The position numbers and the translations under genes were made by a program. The notes below the pieces were generated by a model. The model was not told where the DNA came from, searched no databases, and saw only the letters and a program-made list of their open reading frames with translations. Of a stretch of 64,000 bases of DNA, positions 26,501 through 40,504 are shown in pieces; within the stretch, counting starts at the first letter, position 1, and every line of letters starts with the position of its first letter. Location: contig CANDNO010000002.1 of the NCBI GenBank assembly GCA_947386115.1, positions 10,965 through 74,964 on the forward strand. The letters run 5' to 3'. This DNA comes from an uncultured Muribaculaceae bacterium. GTDB lineage: Bacteria > Bacteroidota > Bacteroidia > Bacteroidales > Muribaculaceae.

Positions 26501-29320
26501 TCAGAATGTGAGCTTGCAGCCTAACATGTAGTGGCGGGTCTGGGGCGCGCCGGTGCTCAGCTCCATGATCTTGCGGTTGGGCGAGATGGTGGCAAGGTTT
26601 TCACCCTCGACATAGACGCTCGCACCCGACAGTACACGGTTGCCGGCAAACATGGCTACGGGGAAGTCGTAGGTGAGCTGTACGCGGCGTATGTCAAAGC
26701 GGTTGGTGCTGTATTTCCAGAATGTCGATGCCTGGGTATTGTTGGCTGTGGTACCGGTGGTGAGACGGGGTGCGGTTGCAGTCTCGGCAGTCTCGGGAGT
26801 CCAGCGGCCCCATGCCATCTCTGAGTAGCGGTCCTGGGCGCCGTTGCAGTAGTAGGGCGAGTTGTTGAAGCCGATACCGCCAGCCTGGCCTGTGCCGTAG
26901 GCAAAGAGGGTGAAGTTTTTCCAGCGGGCGGTGAGGTTGATGCCGTAGAAGAATGTCGGAGTCCAGCGGCCAAGCACTACCTGGTCCTTGGAGTCGATAA
27001 CGCCATCCTCGTTGACATCCTTATACTTGAGGTCACCGGGGCGCAGTGTGCCGCCGAATGCCTGGCGCACCTTGCGTGTGTCGATTTCATCCTGTGTCTG
27101 GAAGAATCCCTCGCATATATAGCCGCGGGCCACGCTCAGAGGCTTGCCTACGGCGCGAAGTGCCTCGGTGGCGGGCATCTCGTCGCGGCGGGTAGCCTTG
27201 TCGGTGTAATACATCCCCGAGAGGCCGAGTCCCAGCTCCCAGTCGCCTACGTTCTTGACGGCATTGACTGTGAAGTCGATACCCTGACGGCGGTCGTTGT
27301 TATAGTTGAGCCAGGGGAGGAACGAGCCCGAGTTGCCTTCCATGTAGGAGGGGAAGATCGAGTTCTTACCGGTGGTGAGACCACCCTTGGTGTCCTGGAT
27401 GAACCAGTTGGCGTTGAACGACAGGAGACGGTCGAAGATAGAGCCTTCGAGACCTACACGGAACTCCTCGCGGGTAATGAACGTGAGGTCGAGGTTGTAG
27501 CCGCGCTTGGGGAGCGAGGTGTAGCCGCCGTGTGAGCCGTCATACCACTGGAACCAGCCGCCGCCTACCTTGTAGCCGTAGTAGCCCTGATACATATAGT
27601 AGTCGGTGATGTCGATATCCTGGTGGAGCTTGGCAGCCGAGGCTGTGAGCTTGAGCTCGTCGATCCAGGGAGCGTTCTCGCTGATGAACTTCTCCTGACC
27701 TATGCGCCAGCCCAGCGACAGCGAGGGTGAGAAGGCGTTGCGGTGACCCTCGGCGAGTTTCGACGAGTGAACAAGAGCGCCCGTGAGAGTAGCATAGTAG
27801 CGGTGGGCGTAGTTGTAGGCCACCTGCAAGCCGGCATTAAGATTGGTAGTATTGTGCAACTGGCTCGAGTCGTGGTTGGCGTCGGCCGAGTTCTGTATCG
27901 AGTAACCCCAGCCCACGAGGGTGGCGTCGACCTGGTGCAGGCCGTTGAAGACGCGGTTGTAGTCAAACTGTGCACGGAACATCATGTTCTGGTGATATGT
28001 CGACTGTCCCACAAACTCGTTGGTAGAGTTGGTGTCGTCGCCATGCTTCTTGAGGTCGACGATCATATCGCGGCCGTTGACGTTGGCCCATGTGGGCTCA
28101 TACACTGCATAGTCTTCCTTATAGCCCTCGCTGTAGAACGAGCTGTAGTCGAGGCCGAACACTGTCTTGAACTTGAGACCCTCGGTAATGAAACGGAAGT
28201 CGAAGTCAAGACCCAGGTCGAACATGAAGCGACGGTTCTTGTTCTTGATATAACCGGCCTCGTAGGCATCGGCAATAGCGTTGGTCTGGTTGCTCGAGGT
28301 ACCACCCAGGAGGTAGCGGCCGTCGATGAGGGTTGCAGCACCGATGAGGCCCTGGAGCTCGGCATTGTCGGGGTCGATCATGTCGACGGGCAGCAGGACG
28401 CCGAAACGGTTGGGCCATGTGCCCGAGGCCATACCCCAAAGGTCGCCGCGCGAGGTGTAGTTGTCGGCTACGACAATCGAAGCGTTGGTGAAACCGGTAA
28501 GCCAGCTTGTGATCGCCATGTCGACATTACCGCGCACGTTGAAGCGCAGGTCGTTGTCGTTCTTGTGATCGCCCACCTTGATGAGGCCGTTGTTGTATGA
28601 CAGGCCTATGTTGAGGTAGTAGCGGGTCTTTTCGTTACCGCCGCGAATCTCGCCGTTGATGCTGTAATCGTTGGAGAACTTGCGCAGGTACTCGCTGTTG
28701 TAGTACTTCTGGTTGGGGTAACGGAAGGGATTGGTTCCGGCAGCCGAGTTGTAGATGTCGGAGGGGCTGTACTGGGGTTTGAGTCCTTCGTTGGCACAAG
28801 CCTCGTTGTACAGTGTCATGTAGCTGGCTGCGTCGAGATAGTTGGGATAACTCTTGGGCACGATGAAGCCGGCGTTGGCACGGAAATCGATTTTCATGCT
28901 CTCGTTGGCACCGCGCTTGGTGGTGATGAGTATCACACCCTTGGCGCCGCGGCTGCCGTAAAGGGCCACTGCGGCAGCGTCCTTGAGGAAGCTGATGCTC
29001 TCTACCTCGCTTGCGAGCACGTCGGCTGCATCGCGGGGCATACCGTCAACGAGTACAAGGGCATCCTGTCCCCACATGCTCGTGCCGCCGGTGTAGCCGC
29101 CCACGAGCGGTACGAGGTGACTGTCGAGGCTCGACGTGGCATAGCTCTTCTTCATCAGGTCGCTCACGTTCACCGACGAGGTAGCCGTGATGACATCATC
29201 CTTGGCGGTGGTGCCGAAAGCGACGTTGACAATGCTGTCGCTCTGAGCGGTGGCAGTAGCTCCCGCCGACACGGCAAGCGCCAAAGCCACACATCCTATA
29301 TATTTTGGAATTGTATTCAT
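26501..29320 (-). CDS. SusC-family TonB-dependent transporter lacking the CarboxypepD_reg N-domain (xusC position)
   Basis: 939 aa. The signal peptide leads directly into the plug (VLVDGMPRD...ISFLKDAAAVALYGSRGAKGVILITTKRG). The C-terminal residue is F. Confidence 0.85.
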   Translation of the reverse strand: MNTIPKYIGCVALALAVSAGATATAQSDSIVNVAFGTTAKDDVITATSSVNVSDLMKKSYATSSLDSHLVPLVGGYTGGTSMWGQDALVLVDGMPRDAADVLASEVESISFLKDAAAVALYGSRGAKGVILITTKRGANESMKIDFRANAGFIVPKSYPNYLDAASYMTLYNEACANEGLKPQYSPSDIYNSAAGTNPFRYPNQKYYNSEYLRKFSNDYSINGEIRGGNEKTRYYLNIGLSYNNGLIKVGDHKNDNDLRFNVRGNVDMAITSWLTGFTNASIVVADNYTSRGDLWGMASGTWPNRFGVLLPVDMIDPDNAELQGLIGAATLIDGRYLLGGTSSNQTNAIADAYEAGYIKNKNRRFMFDLGLDFDFRFITEGLKFKTVFGLDYSSFYSEGYKEDYAVYEPTWANVNGRDMIVDLKKHGDDTNSTNEFVGQSTYHQNMMFRAQFDYNRVFNGLHQVDATLVGWGYSIQNSADANHDSSQLHNTTNLNAGLQVAYNYAHRYYATLTGALVHSSKLAEGHRNAFSPSLSLGWRIGQEKFISENAPWIDELKLTASAAKLHQDIDITDYYMYQGYYGYKVGGGWFQWYDGSHGGYTSLPKRGYNLDLTFITREEFRVGLEGSIFDRLLSFNANWFIQDTKGGLTTGKNSIFPSYMEGNSGSFLPWLNYNNDRRQGIDFTVNAVKNVGDWELGLGLSGMYYTDKATRRDEMPATEALRAVGKPLSVARGYICEGFFQTQDEIDTRKVRQAFGGTLRPGDLKYKDVNEDGVIDSKDQVVLGRWTPTFFYGINLTARWKNFTLFAYGTGQAGGIGFNNSPYYCNGAQDRYSEMAWGRWTPETAETATAPRLTTGTTANNTQASTFWKYSTNRFDIRRVQLTYDFPVAMFAGNRVLSGASVYVEGENLATISPNRKIMELSTGAPQTRHYMLGCKLTF

Positions 29321-29345
29321 TGTTTTGTTTCAAGTGTTTAAGGTA

Positions 29346-31265
29346 TTACCAGCCGGGGTTCTGCTTTAACTCGGGATAAATGTTCACATCCTTGATGGGG
29401 AAAGGCAGCCAGTAGTGACGGTCGTCGAGATTGCGCTCAACGATCACTTCCTCACGCAGGTTGGCCACGCGCGACTCGCTGGGATTGCGCAGGTTGAAAT
29501 CGGCCGTACGGTCAAACTCGAGCGATGTCTTGATTGTATAGGGACGCTCGGTGAACAGCAGCCAGCGGCGCAGGTCGAAGAAGCGGTGTCCCTCGAAGGC
29601 CAGCTCTACTGCTCTCTCGCGATAAAGCTCGGGAAGGAACGTAGCATTAGAGCCGGTGAAACGGGCAGCGATGCCGGGCATCTTGACATTCTCGCGAATC
29701 TTGTTGACAGCCTGCAGGGCGTTCATGTGGAACTTGGGCGACTTGCCTGTGGGCGATCCGTAGCCACATGCAGCAGCCTCGGAGTAGAGGAGATAGACGT
29801 CGCTCAGACGCATGAGGCTCAACGACATAACCATACCACTGCTGTACTGGTCGAGCAGCTGATAGGTCGAACGCTCGTTGAGCTGGGGAATGAACTTGGT
29901 CTCCAACAGGCCGGTAAGACAGTTCTTGTAAGAAGCCTTCGTGCGCCAGTCGCCACCGGTGAAGAGCTGTGCATAACGGCGTGTCTCGGGTTGCGAGGCG
30001 TCCTTCATGCAATAGCATCCGTCATAGGTGATGTCGGTATAGAAGCGGGGATCACGGCCGCGCCAGGGATAGGCGGGATCGTAGCCCGATACGGGATCGG
30101 CCTGTGTCCAGTCCTCGATAGGCTCGCCGTTGGCCATGCCGTAGTTCTTGACATAGTTGGCTGTAGGCATTACGATAAGACCCGAGGTAACGATGAAGGG
30201 AAGGTAGTCGTTACTCTGGTTACGCTGCCAGCGTGTGCTGAGCTCGGCGAAGTTTTCCATGAGGATAGACTCCTTGAGGCCGGGGATACGTGAGCCCTGC
30301 TCTACATAATAGAAGAGCTCAGAGCGACGCTCGAAGGGAGCGAGCTCATAACGGCCTGTCGACTCGGTGAGGCTGAGGGCCTCGCCAAGGAGATCGGCTG
30401 CACGCTTGCAGTAATCTTCGTTATAGGTGCGCGAACCGGTCGACTCGTAGTTCATCAACGGGCTGCCGGCATAGAGCAGGCACTTGCCTGCGAAGGCCAG
30501 GGCCATGATCTTGTTGGCGCGGAAGTTGTTGTTGCCAAGTGTAAGACGGCCGGCGGCAGTCTGGTCCCAGTCGATGGGGAGCAGTTCGGCAGCGTCGGTA
30601 AGGTCCTTGGCGGCCTTGTCGGCACACTCCTGGTAGTTGAGACGCTCAAGACGGGGAGTCTCGCCGGCAGGGAGCAGATAATCTACGTAGGGAAGTCCGC
30701 CCCAGTATTTCATGAGCAGCGCGTGGTAGTAGCCACGGAAGAAGAGCATCTGACCCTTGAGCAGGTCGCGTTCCTCCTGGGTAGCGCTCTGCAGGCGGTC
30801 GAGATTGGCAAGACCCATGTTGGCCTTGCGTATGCCGGCCCAGCTCATGGCCCAGAGATTCTTCTTGTGCTCGCGGGTGTTTGACGACATGCTGCCGGTG
30901 AGCATTCCGGCGGGAGAGCCGTAGAAGTTCTGCTCGCCGCCGCCGTTGAGGTTCTGGTCGACCATACAGCGGTAGTTGCCGTTGTCGATGGCCAGAGTGA
31001 GGAAACGCACTTCGTCCTGGTTGTCCTTGACGTGCTCGTCCTCACCAAAGTTCCAGCAGCAGTGCCATGACGATGCCGAGTACAACGGGAGACCGCCATA
31101 CAGCTCCTCGACAAATCCCTGGAAATTCTTGAAATTCATGTAGGGGGTGTTCTCGTCGATATCGCTGCCCGGAGCCTTGTCCAGGTAGTCGGTACACGAG
31201 GCTGTGGCTACGAGAGCGCCGGCCACCATGGCCCCTTTGAATATATTCTTTATATATGTGTTCAT
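29346..31265 (-). CDS. SusD/RagB-family lipoprotein (first pair, xusB position)
   Basis: Lipobox (ATASC) and the signature ERAVELAFEGHRFFDLRRWL. Confidence 0.9.
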   Translation of the reverse strand: MNTYIKNIFKGAMVAGALVATASCTDYLDKAPGSDIDENTPYMNFKNFQGFVEELYGGLPLYSASSWHCCWNFGEDEHVKDNQDEVRFLTLAIDNGNYRCMVDQNLNGGGEQNFYGSPAGMLTGSMSSNTREHKKNLWAMSWAGIRKANMGLANLDRLQSATQEERDLLKGQMLFFRGYYHALLMKYWGGLPYVDYLLPAGETPRLERLNYQECADKAAKDLTDAAELLPIDWDQTAAGRLTLGNNNFRANKIMALAFAGKCLLYAGSPLMNYESTGSRTYNEDYCKRAADLLGEALSLTESTGRYELAPFERRSELFYYVEQGSRIPGLKESILMENFAELSTRWQRNQSNDYLPFIVTSGLIVMPTANYVKNYGMANGEPIEDWTQADPVSGYDPAYPWRGRDPRFYTDITYDGCYCMKDASQPETRRYAQLFTGGDWRTKASYKNCLTGLLETKFIPQLNERSTYQLLDQYSSGMVMSLSLMRLSDVYLLYSEAAACGYGSPTGKSPKFHMNALQAVNKIRENVKMPGIAARFTGSNATFLPELYRERAVELAFEGHRFFDLRRWLLFTERPYTIKTSLEFDRTADFNLRNPSESRVANLREEVIVERNLDDRHYWLPFPIKDVNIYPELKQNPGW

Positions 31266-31278
31266 GATTTGATCGTGG

Positions 31279-34200
31279 TTATAGGGTTATGTCAATACCT
31301 ATGTTGAAGCGTCGTACGGTGGGATAAGCGCCGTCGCTGCCGTCGCCTGCGCCGCTGAAGTTGGACTCGCGGTCATCGGGCATCTTGGTCCAGAGCCACA
31401 GGTTGTCGCCGTTGAGATAGATGCGGCAGCTGTTGAGGCCGATCTTGCGGGTGAGCTTCTGGGGGATACGGTAGGAAATCTCGGCGTTCTTCAGGCGCAC
31501 GTATGAACCGTCATAGAGATAGCGGGTACCACGGGCCATGACGGGATAGGTCGACGACCAGCGGGGCAAGGGGAGTCCCTCGGTATCGGGGGTCCAGTAG
31601 CTACCCTCCTTGTAGGCAAGAGTGTTGCCGTTGAAAGTGGGGAACGTTACCGTACGCGACACGTTGGTCACACCATAGAACTGTACGAAAGCGCTGAAGC
31701 CTTTCCACTCGAAGCCGAGCGTGGCGTTATAGGTGTTCTGAGGTATGGTGCTGTAGCCGTAGGGAATCTCGTCGTTGGCGTCGATGATACCGTCGCCGTT
31801 GAAGTCGATGAGCTTATAGTCGCCGGGCAGACGGTTGGCGTTGTCCGACTCCCATGAGGTAGCGCCGTAAAGGTCGTCCCAAGAACCGATCTGGCCGAAA
31901 TCGACATAATCCTTGTTCTGGTTGATGGCGTAGCCCTCGCTCTTCATGTAGCTGGGAAGCAGGGGAGCGTCGTCGCGGAATTTCACCTTGTTGGTGGCAT
32001 GGGTCATGCTGGCGTTAAGCCACACGCGGGTGTCCTGGTTGATAGGATAGTTGAAACGTATCTCAAGCTCGTAACCCTTTGAGTCGACACGGCCCAGGTT
32101 GGCACCGGGAGCCTCGGCTCCGAAGTAAGAGGGAATGGCACGCTGGTTGCCGCTGATGTAGATGTCGGTACGCTTGTCGGCAAAGAAGTCTAACGAACCC
32201 GAAATCATGTTGTGCAGGAAGCCGTAGTCAACACCGATGTTGCGTTTTTCAACCTTCTCCCACGAGATGTCGGGGTTGCCGAGCATCGACAGGCGGTAGA
32301 ATGTATAAGGTGTCTTGGCTGCGCCGCCGATAGCCTCGGTAATGTTGCCACCATAGACATACTGGTCGCGGTAGAGCCAACGGCCACCGGCGCTGTCGTC
32401 GCCGACCTTACCCCACGAACCGCGGAACTTGATCTGGTCGAGCCATGTGAGATGACGCATGAAAGGCTCCTGACTCAGACGCCATCCGAGCGAGAATGAC
32501 GGGAAGAAGTCGAAGCGGTTGTTAGAGCCGAATTTCTCCGAGCCGTTGTATGCACCGTTGAACTCGAAGAAGTAACGGTAGTCGAAGTTATAGGTTGTAC
32601 GGAATACCCAGTCCTCACGGTAGTGGTGGAACTCCGAGCCGCGGGCATAATCCTCACGGGTGAAAGCGCCCATGGCGGTTACCTCGTGCTTGCCGAATGT
32701 GCGGCTGTAGTCGATCTGGAATGCATAGTAAACCTTACGGAAAGTGGCGTTGAGGTCAACGACACCCTGCGAGTTGCGCCAGTAGACGCCAAACGACGGG
32801 TCGAGGCCCGTAGCCGAGTCGATCTCGGGATCAACGCTTATCTCGCCGGTAACGGGATTTACCCATTTGCGGGGGAGGTTGTTGTCAAGGTCGTTGATAC
32901 CACGGCGGTTCTCGATGAAGTTATAGTCGAGCGACAGGCGAGCCTGGGCGTGGAGACCCTTGGTGATGAAGTCGAGATCCTGGCCCAGGATAAGGTCGGA
33001 GTTGATCTTGGTTGTAGTGATTTTCTCCTTACCCGATGTTGCGAGTGCATAAACCGAGTTCTGGACGTTGGCCTTCGAGGGACCGTAGAAACCGTAGAGA
33101 CCGTCGCTGTAGATGGGGCGGAACGAATCGGGGGCGGTGCGGTACACCGAGTTCCAGAACGATGCGTTGCTGTCGCCAACGTTACGGCCGAAGGGGGTCT
33201 GCTTGCTGCCGTTAGAGCCGAAGAGGTTTACGGTAAGTTTGGTGGTGGGAGTGAGCGAGAAGTCAAGGTTTGAACGCACGTTGACACGCTGGAATCCGAA
33301 ACCGGGAGTATAGCCGCGGCCACCGTCGAACGAACGGAAAAGGTCACCCTCCTTCAGGAAGTCGACAGCTGCATAGTATTTCACGAATTTGGTACCGCCC
33401 GATACGTCGACGCTGGCGTTGTACGAGAAAGCGGCTTTCTTGAACAGCACGTCTTCCCAGTCGACATTGGGGTAGCGGTCCCACTCCTCGGCGTTGAGAG
33501 GATTGCGGAACTTCTCGATAAACTCCATGGGCATTACATCGTCCCAAGCGCCTACGCCGGGCGACATAAGGTCGCGCTGGATGGCGCGGTTGCGCAGCAT
33601 GTAGGCGTCATAGGCGTCATACTTTGCGGGGAGCTTCGAAGCCACCTTGGCTGTGATGTTGGCCTTGGCGTGAACCTGTGCCTTGCCCTCGCTGCCTCGC
33701 TTGGTGGTGATAAGGATAACGCCGTTAGCGCCTTTCACACCATACACGGCGGTTGCCGAAGCATCCTTGAGCACCGAGATGTTGGCTACCGACGAGATGT
33801 CGACCGAGCTCATCTCACGCTCGATACCGTCAACGAGGATGAGGGGCGAACTGTTGTTCCACGAGCTCTGCGAGCGGATGATGATCTGAGGGTCCTCCTC
33901 GCCGGGCATACCCGACGATGCCGATGTGATCACACCGGGAAGGTTACCAGTGAGGGCCGCACCCACACTCGACACACCGCCGGCACGCTCGAGCACTTCG
34001 CCCGATGCCTGAGTGATGGCACCTACCACCGACGCCTTTTTCTGCTGGCCGTAACCTACCACGACAACCTCGTCGAGCTGGGTGGTGTTCGTCTCCATGG
34101 TGACGTTGATGACAGTCTGTCCTTTAATAGCTATCTCCTTGGGATTCATGCCTATGAATGAAAACACAAGGACTCCCGTCTGCAAGTCGGGAACATTGAG

Positions 34201-34398
34201 CGTATAGTTACCGTCAAAGTCGGTAGCGGTAGCTACGCCCGTAGCCCCTTTGAGCAAAACTGTCGCTCCTATCAGGGGCTCTCCGGTATCATCGACCACC
34301 GTACCTTTTACTGTCTCGGCTACAGCCGGTGCAGCGCCTATGATAAGCGCCAACAGCAACACGACGAGGTGATGATATGAGTTGGTAATTTTTTTCAT
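31279..34398 (-). CDS. SusC/RagA-family TonB-dependent transporter (first pair, xusA position)
   Basis: CarboxypepD_reg-like N-terminus (VKGTVVDDTGEPLIGATVLLK) and plug motif DEVVVVGYGQQKKASVVGAITQ. The start is set at MKKITNSY (34398). Confidence 0.9.
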   Translation of the reverse strand: MKKITNSYHHLVVLLLALIIGAAPAVAETVKGTVVDDTGEPLIGATVLLKGATGVATATDFDGNYTLNVPDLQTGVLVFSFIGMNPKEIAIKGQTVINVTMETNTTQLDEVVVVGYGQQKKASVVGAITQASGEVLERAGGVSSVGAALTGNLPGVITSASSGMPGEEDPQIIIRSQSSWNNSSPLILVDGIEREMSSVDISSVANISVLKDASATAVYGVKGANGVILITTKRGSEGKAQVHAKANITAKVASKLPAKYDAYDAYMLRNRAIQRDLMSPGVGAWDDVMPMEFIEKFRNPLNAEEWDRYPNVDWEDVLFKKAAFSYNASVDVSGGTKFVKYYAAVDFLKEGDLFRSFDGGRGYTPGFGFQRVNVRSNLDFSLTPTTKLTVNLFGSNGSKQTPFGRNVGDSNASFWNSVYRTAPDSFRPIYSDGLYGFYGPSKANVQNSVYALATSGKEKITTTKINSDLILGQDLDFITKGLHAQARLSLDYNFIENRRGINDLDNNLPRKWVNPVTGEISVDPEIDSATGLDPSFGVYWRNSQGVVDLNATFRKVYYAFQIDYSRTFGKHEVTAMGAFTREDYARGSEFHHYREDWVFRTTYNFDYRYFFEFNGAYNGSEKFGSNNRFDFFPSFSLGWRLSQEPFMRHLTWLDQIKFRGSWGKVGDDSAGGRWLYRDQYVYGGNITEAIGGAAKTPYTFYRLSMLGNPDISWEKVEKRNIGVDYGFLHNMISGSLDFFADKRTDIYISGNQRAIPSYFGAEAPGANLGRVDSKGYELEIRFNYPINQDTRVWLNASMTHATNKVKFRDDAPLLPSYMKSEGYAINQNKDYVDFGQIGSWDDLYGATSWESDNANRLPGDYKLIDFNGDGIIDANDEIPYGYSTIPQNTYNATLGFEWKGFSAFVQFYGVTNVSRTVTFPTFNGNTLAYKEGSYWTPDTEGLPLPRWSSTYPVMARGTRYLYDGSYVRLKNAEISYRIPQKLTRKIGLNSCRIYLNGDNLWLWTKMPDDRESNFSGAGDGSDGAYPTVRRFNIGIDITL

Positions 34399-34550
34399 TG
34401 TTACTCTTCTTAAAGATAATAACTTAGTGATTTGTGATAAGCCGGTGTCCACGCAAGACACCATTGATTGGGGTTTGAATTAAGTGAATGGTACTGGATG
34501 CAGGTAAATGTGATGTTAGTTATTTAGTATGGTTAGTAAATAGTGAAAAT

Positions 34551-36263
34551 TCATATTCGCGAGGCATAGGGGCCTACTGTCGTTCCGGTGAAACCGCCGG
34601 CTACGGCCGTGGAGGTGTGACGGGCATCGACGCCGGTCATCACGGGAATCCAGTTCTCGCCACGGTCGGGCGAATACAGGAAGTCGTAACTCTTGCCCGT
34701 CGAAACCACCTTGAGCCCTACTCCTTTCACATCGCTCTCCATCGCGGTGCTTGCAATCTCGCTTGCACCGTTCTCGTCGATCTTGCGCAACACGATGCGG
34801 TCAAAGTCGTCACCGGCACGGCGTGCAAGCTGGTACTGATGAGTTTCATCCTTGAACACTACGAGTCCGGCGTGCTGCAGCGAGTCTGAGGGCTCGAAAA
34901 TCATGTGGGTCTCACACTCATACTTGTGATGCTGCACGCGGCGGCCCATGAATGCTGCCACATCCTTCTCGGTAGTGGGTACATCAGAGCATTTGAGCGT
35001 GAGGTGACCGGCGGGACGGCTCAGTGAATAAAGGTCGGCGGCATCGCCACGAAGTGTGTGCCACTCCATGTCGAGAGCGGGCGACATGAAGCTGTCGGTC
35101 CACTCGAAGTTGCCGAATGTAACCTTCTCGCCTCGCTTCACACCGGGACGCGACGCGATGAGAGGTATAGCCTCACCCTTGCGGGTCATGTAAGGCCATC
35201 CGTCCTCGGTCCAGTTCACCGGGAGCATGAAGGTCTCGCGGCCGAGGTTCTCGTAGTCACCGTCGATAGGACGGCAGGCAAGGAACACCGACCACCAGTC
35301 CCCCTCGGGAGTCTGCACCATATCGGCATGGCCGGCACAGGTAACGGCATCGGGGCGATTGGGGTCAAGGTCACGCTGGGTGAGAATGGGGTTGCCGCTC
35401 CAGGGCTCGAAAGGCCCCATAGGCGACTTGCCGCGATATATCACCTCGCTGTGGTCTATGGCTGTTCCACCCTCGGCTGTCATCAGGTAATAGGTGCCGT
35501 CTATATTATATATGTGCGGGCCCTCACACCATATAGGGTTGTCCTGAGGGCGCCATCCCTTGTTCACAAGAATCTTTCGCTCGCCTATGCACTGCTCGGT
35601 AGCGGTGTCGAACTCAACGATACGCACCGTGCGGTGGCCTGGATACTCGGGCTTGCCGTCGGGAGCGTCGTCGTTGTTGACGATATAGGCGCGGCCGTCG
35701 GTGTCAAAGAAAAATGAGGGGTCGATACCCTGCACCTCGGGCAGATAAACCGGGTCGCTCCATTCGCCCCACGGGTTCTGAGTCTTGACAAAGAAGTTTC
35801 CGGCACCTACGTTGGTCGTGATCATGTAGTAGGTCTTGTTGGCCGGATTGTATTTCATATCGGGGGCGAAAATACCGCCGCTCACATGCTGGTGGCGGAA
35901 ATTTTTCATCTGCGACTCGCGTGTGAGCACATGGCCTATCTTCTCCCAGTTCACGAGGTCGCGGCTGTGGAACACCGGCACGCCGGGAACATAGGTAAAC
36001 GTTGATGTTGCCAGGAAATAATCACCCTCGCCGTTAGTACACAGCGTGGGGTCGGAATACCAGCCGGGAAGGATGGGGTTGTAGAACGAACTCTCATCGG
36101 GAAGAGGATTGGCGGCATAGAAATCGTCATTGCCTTTGTATGAAAACGACTCGAAGACAGCGGCGTCTTTCTGCGACGGCACTTCTTCACGGCGCGACGT
36201 GCCACAGCTTGTAGCTATCAACATCGCGGCGGTCGCCATGGTACTAAACGAAAGGTAATTCAT
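34551..36263 (-). CDS. GH43 beta-xylosidase/alpha-L-arabinofuranosidase with a C-terminal beta-sandwich
   Basis: NPILPGWYSDPTL...FHSRDLVNWEKIGHV at the start of the 5-bladed propeller, then a ConA-like C-domain (WTDSFMSPALDMEWHTLRG). The start is ATG 36263; the track start at 36296 is a TTG inside the -7 box. Confidence 0.85.
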   Translation of the reverse strand: MNYLSFSTMATAAMLIATSCGTSRREEVPSQKDAAVFESFSYKGNDDFYAANPLPDESSFYNPILPGWYSDPTLCTNGEGDYFLATSTFTYVPGVPVFHSRDLVNWEKIGHVLTRESQMKNFRHQHVSGGIFAPDMKYNPANKTYYMITTNVGAGNFFVKTQNPWGEWSDPVYLPEVQGIDPSFFFDTDGRAYIVNNDDAPDGKPEYPGHRTVRIVEFDTATEQCIGERKILVNKGWRPQDNPIWCEGPHIYNIDGTYYLMTAEGGTAIDHSEVIYRGKSPMGPFEPWSGNPILTQRDLDPNRPDAVTCAGHADMVQTPEGDWWSVFLACRPIDGDYENLGRETFMLPVNWTEDGWPYMTRKGEAIPLIASRPGVKRGEKVTFGNFEWTDSFMSPALDMEWHTLRGDAADLYSLSRPAGHLTLKCSDVPTTEKDVAAFMGRRVQHHKYECETHMIFEPSDSLQHAGLVVFKDETHQYQLARRAGDDFDRIVLRKIDENGASEIASTAMESDVKGVGLKVVSTGKSYDFLYSPDRGENWIPVMTGVDARHTSTAVAGGFTGTTVGPYASRI

Positions 36264-36293
36264 TGCTTGTGTTAACGGTTTTAGGATTCTTTG

Positions 36294-36301
36294 CAAAGGT
36301 A
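36294..36301 (-). promoter_or_regulatory. -7 box (TACCTTTG on the minus strand) upstream of GH43 and probably the downstream susC/D operon
   Basis: The plus strand reads CAAAGGTA, 31 nt upstream of ATG 36263. The extended context TTGCAAAGGTA is the same as at 1909-1919. Confidence 0.5.
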
Positions 36302-36478
36302 AAATATCGTTAACACAGAGGGGCTATAATAACGTCTTACGAACGTAACTGAATGTTGCCTAAACCCTTTGCGATGTCTCAAAACCATATAAAATCGTAA
36401 CATCACCAAGCCGGCAAAAGAAAACCGCTCCATCACACCTGAGTGACAGAGCGGTTTTACTACATGAGACTTTATTGA

Positions 36479-40312
<3,834 letters not shown>

Positions 40313-40461
40313 CAAACCGTTTATTCCCTCGGCAGGCACACGATGTAGCAACAATATTAGTGTTTGCCACGCAGTTGCCGTTTTCGTATCAAATGTATCA
40401 CTAATTGTAACATCGTTCGATTTTGTCTCATAAAAGCCATGTTACATCGGGTGTTTTGTTA

Positions 40462-40469
40462 TAACTTTG
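40462..40469 (+). promoter_or_regulatory. -7 box (TAACTTTG) for the hybrid two-component sensor gene
   Basis: Matches TAnnTTTG, 36 nt upstream of ATG 40505. Confidence 0.45.
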
Positions 40470-40504
40470 GGGCATCGAAAAACAGAAATCCGAAATCTGA
40501 AATC

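Noticed and set aside
40364-40504. The N-terminal extension of the HTCS ORF in the track. Similar extensions occur at 53301-53522, 47100-47231 and 34399-34464.
   Set aside because: The extensions cover promoter, -7 box or repeat DNA. In each case the downstream ATG is immediately followed by a signal peptide or TM segment.
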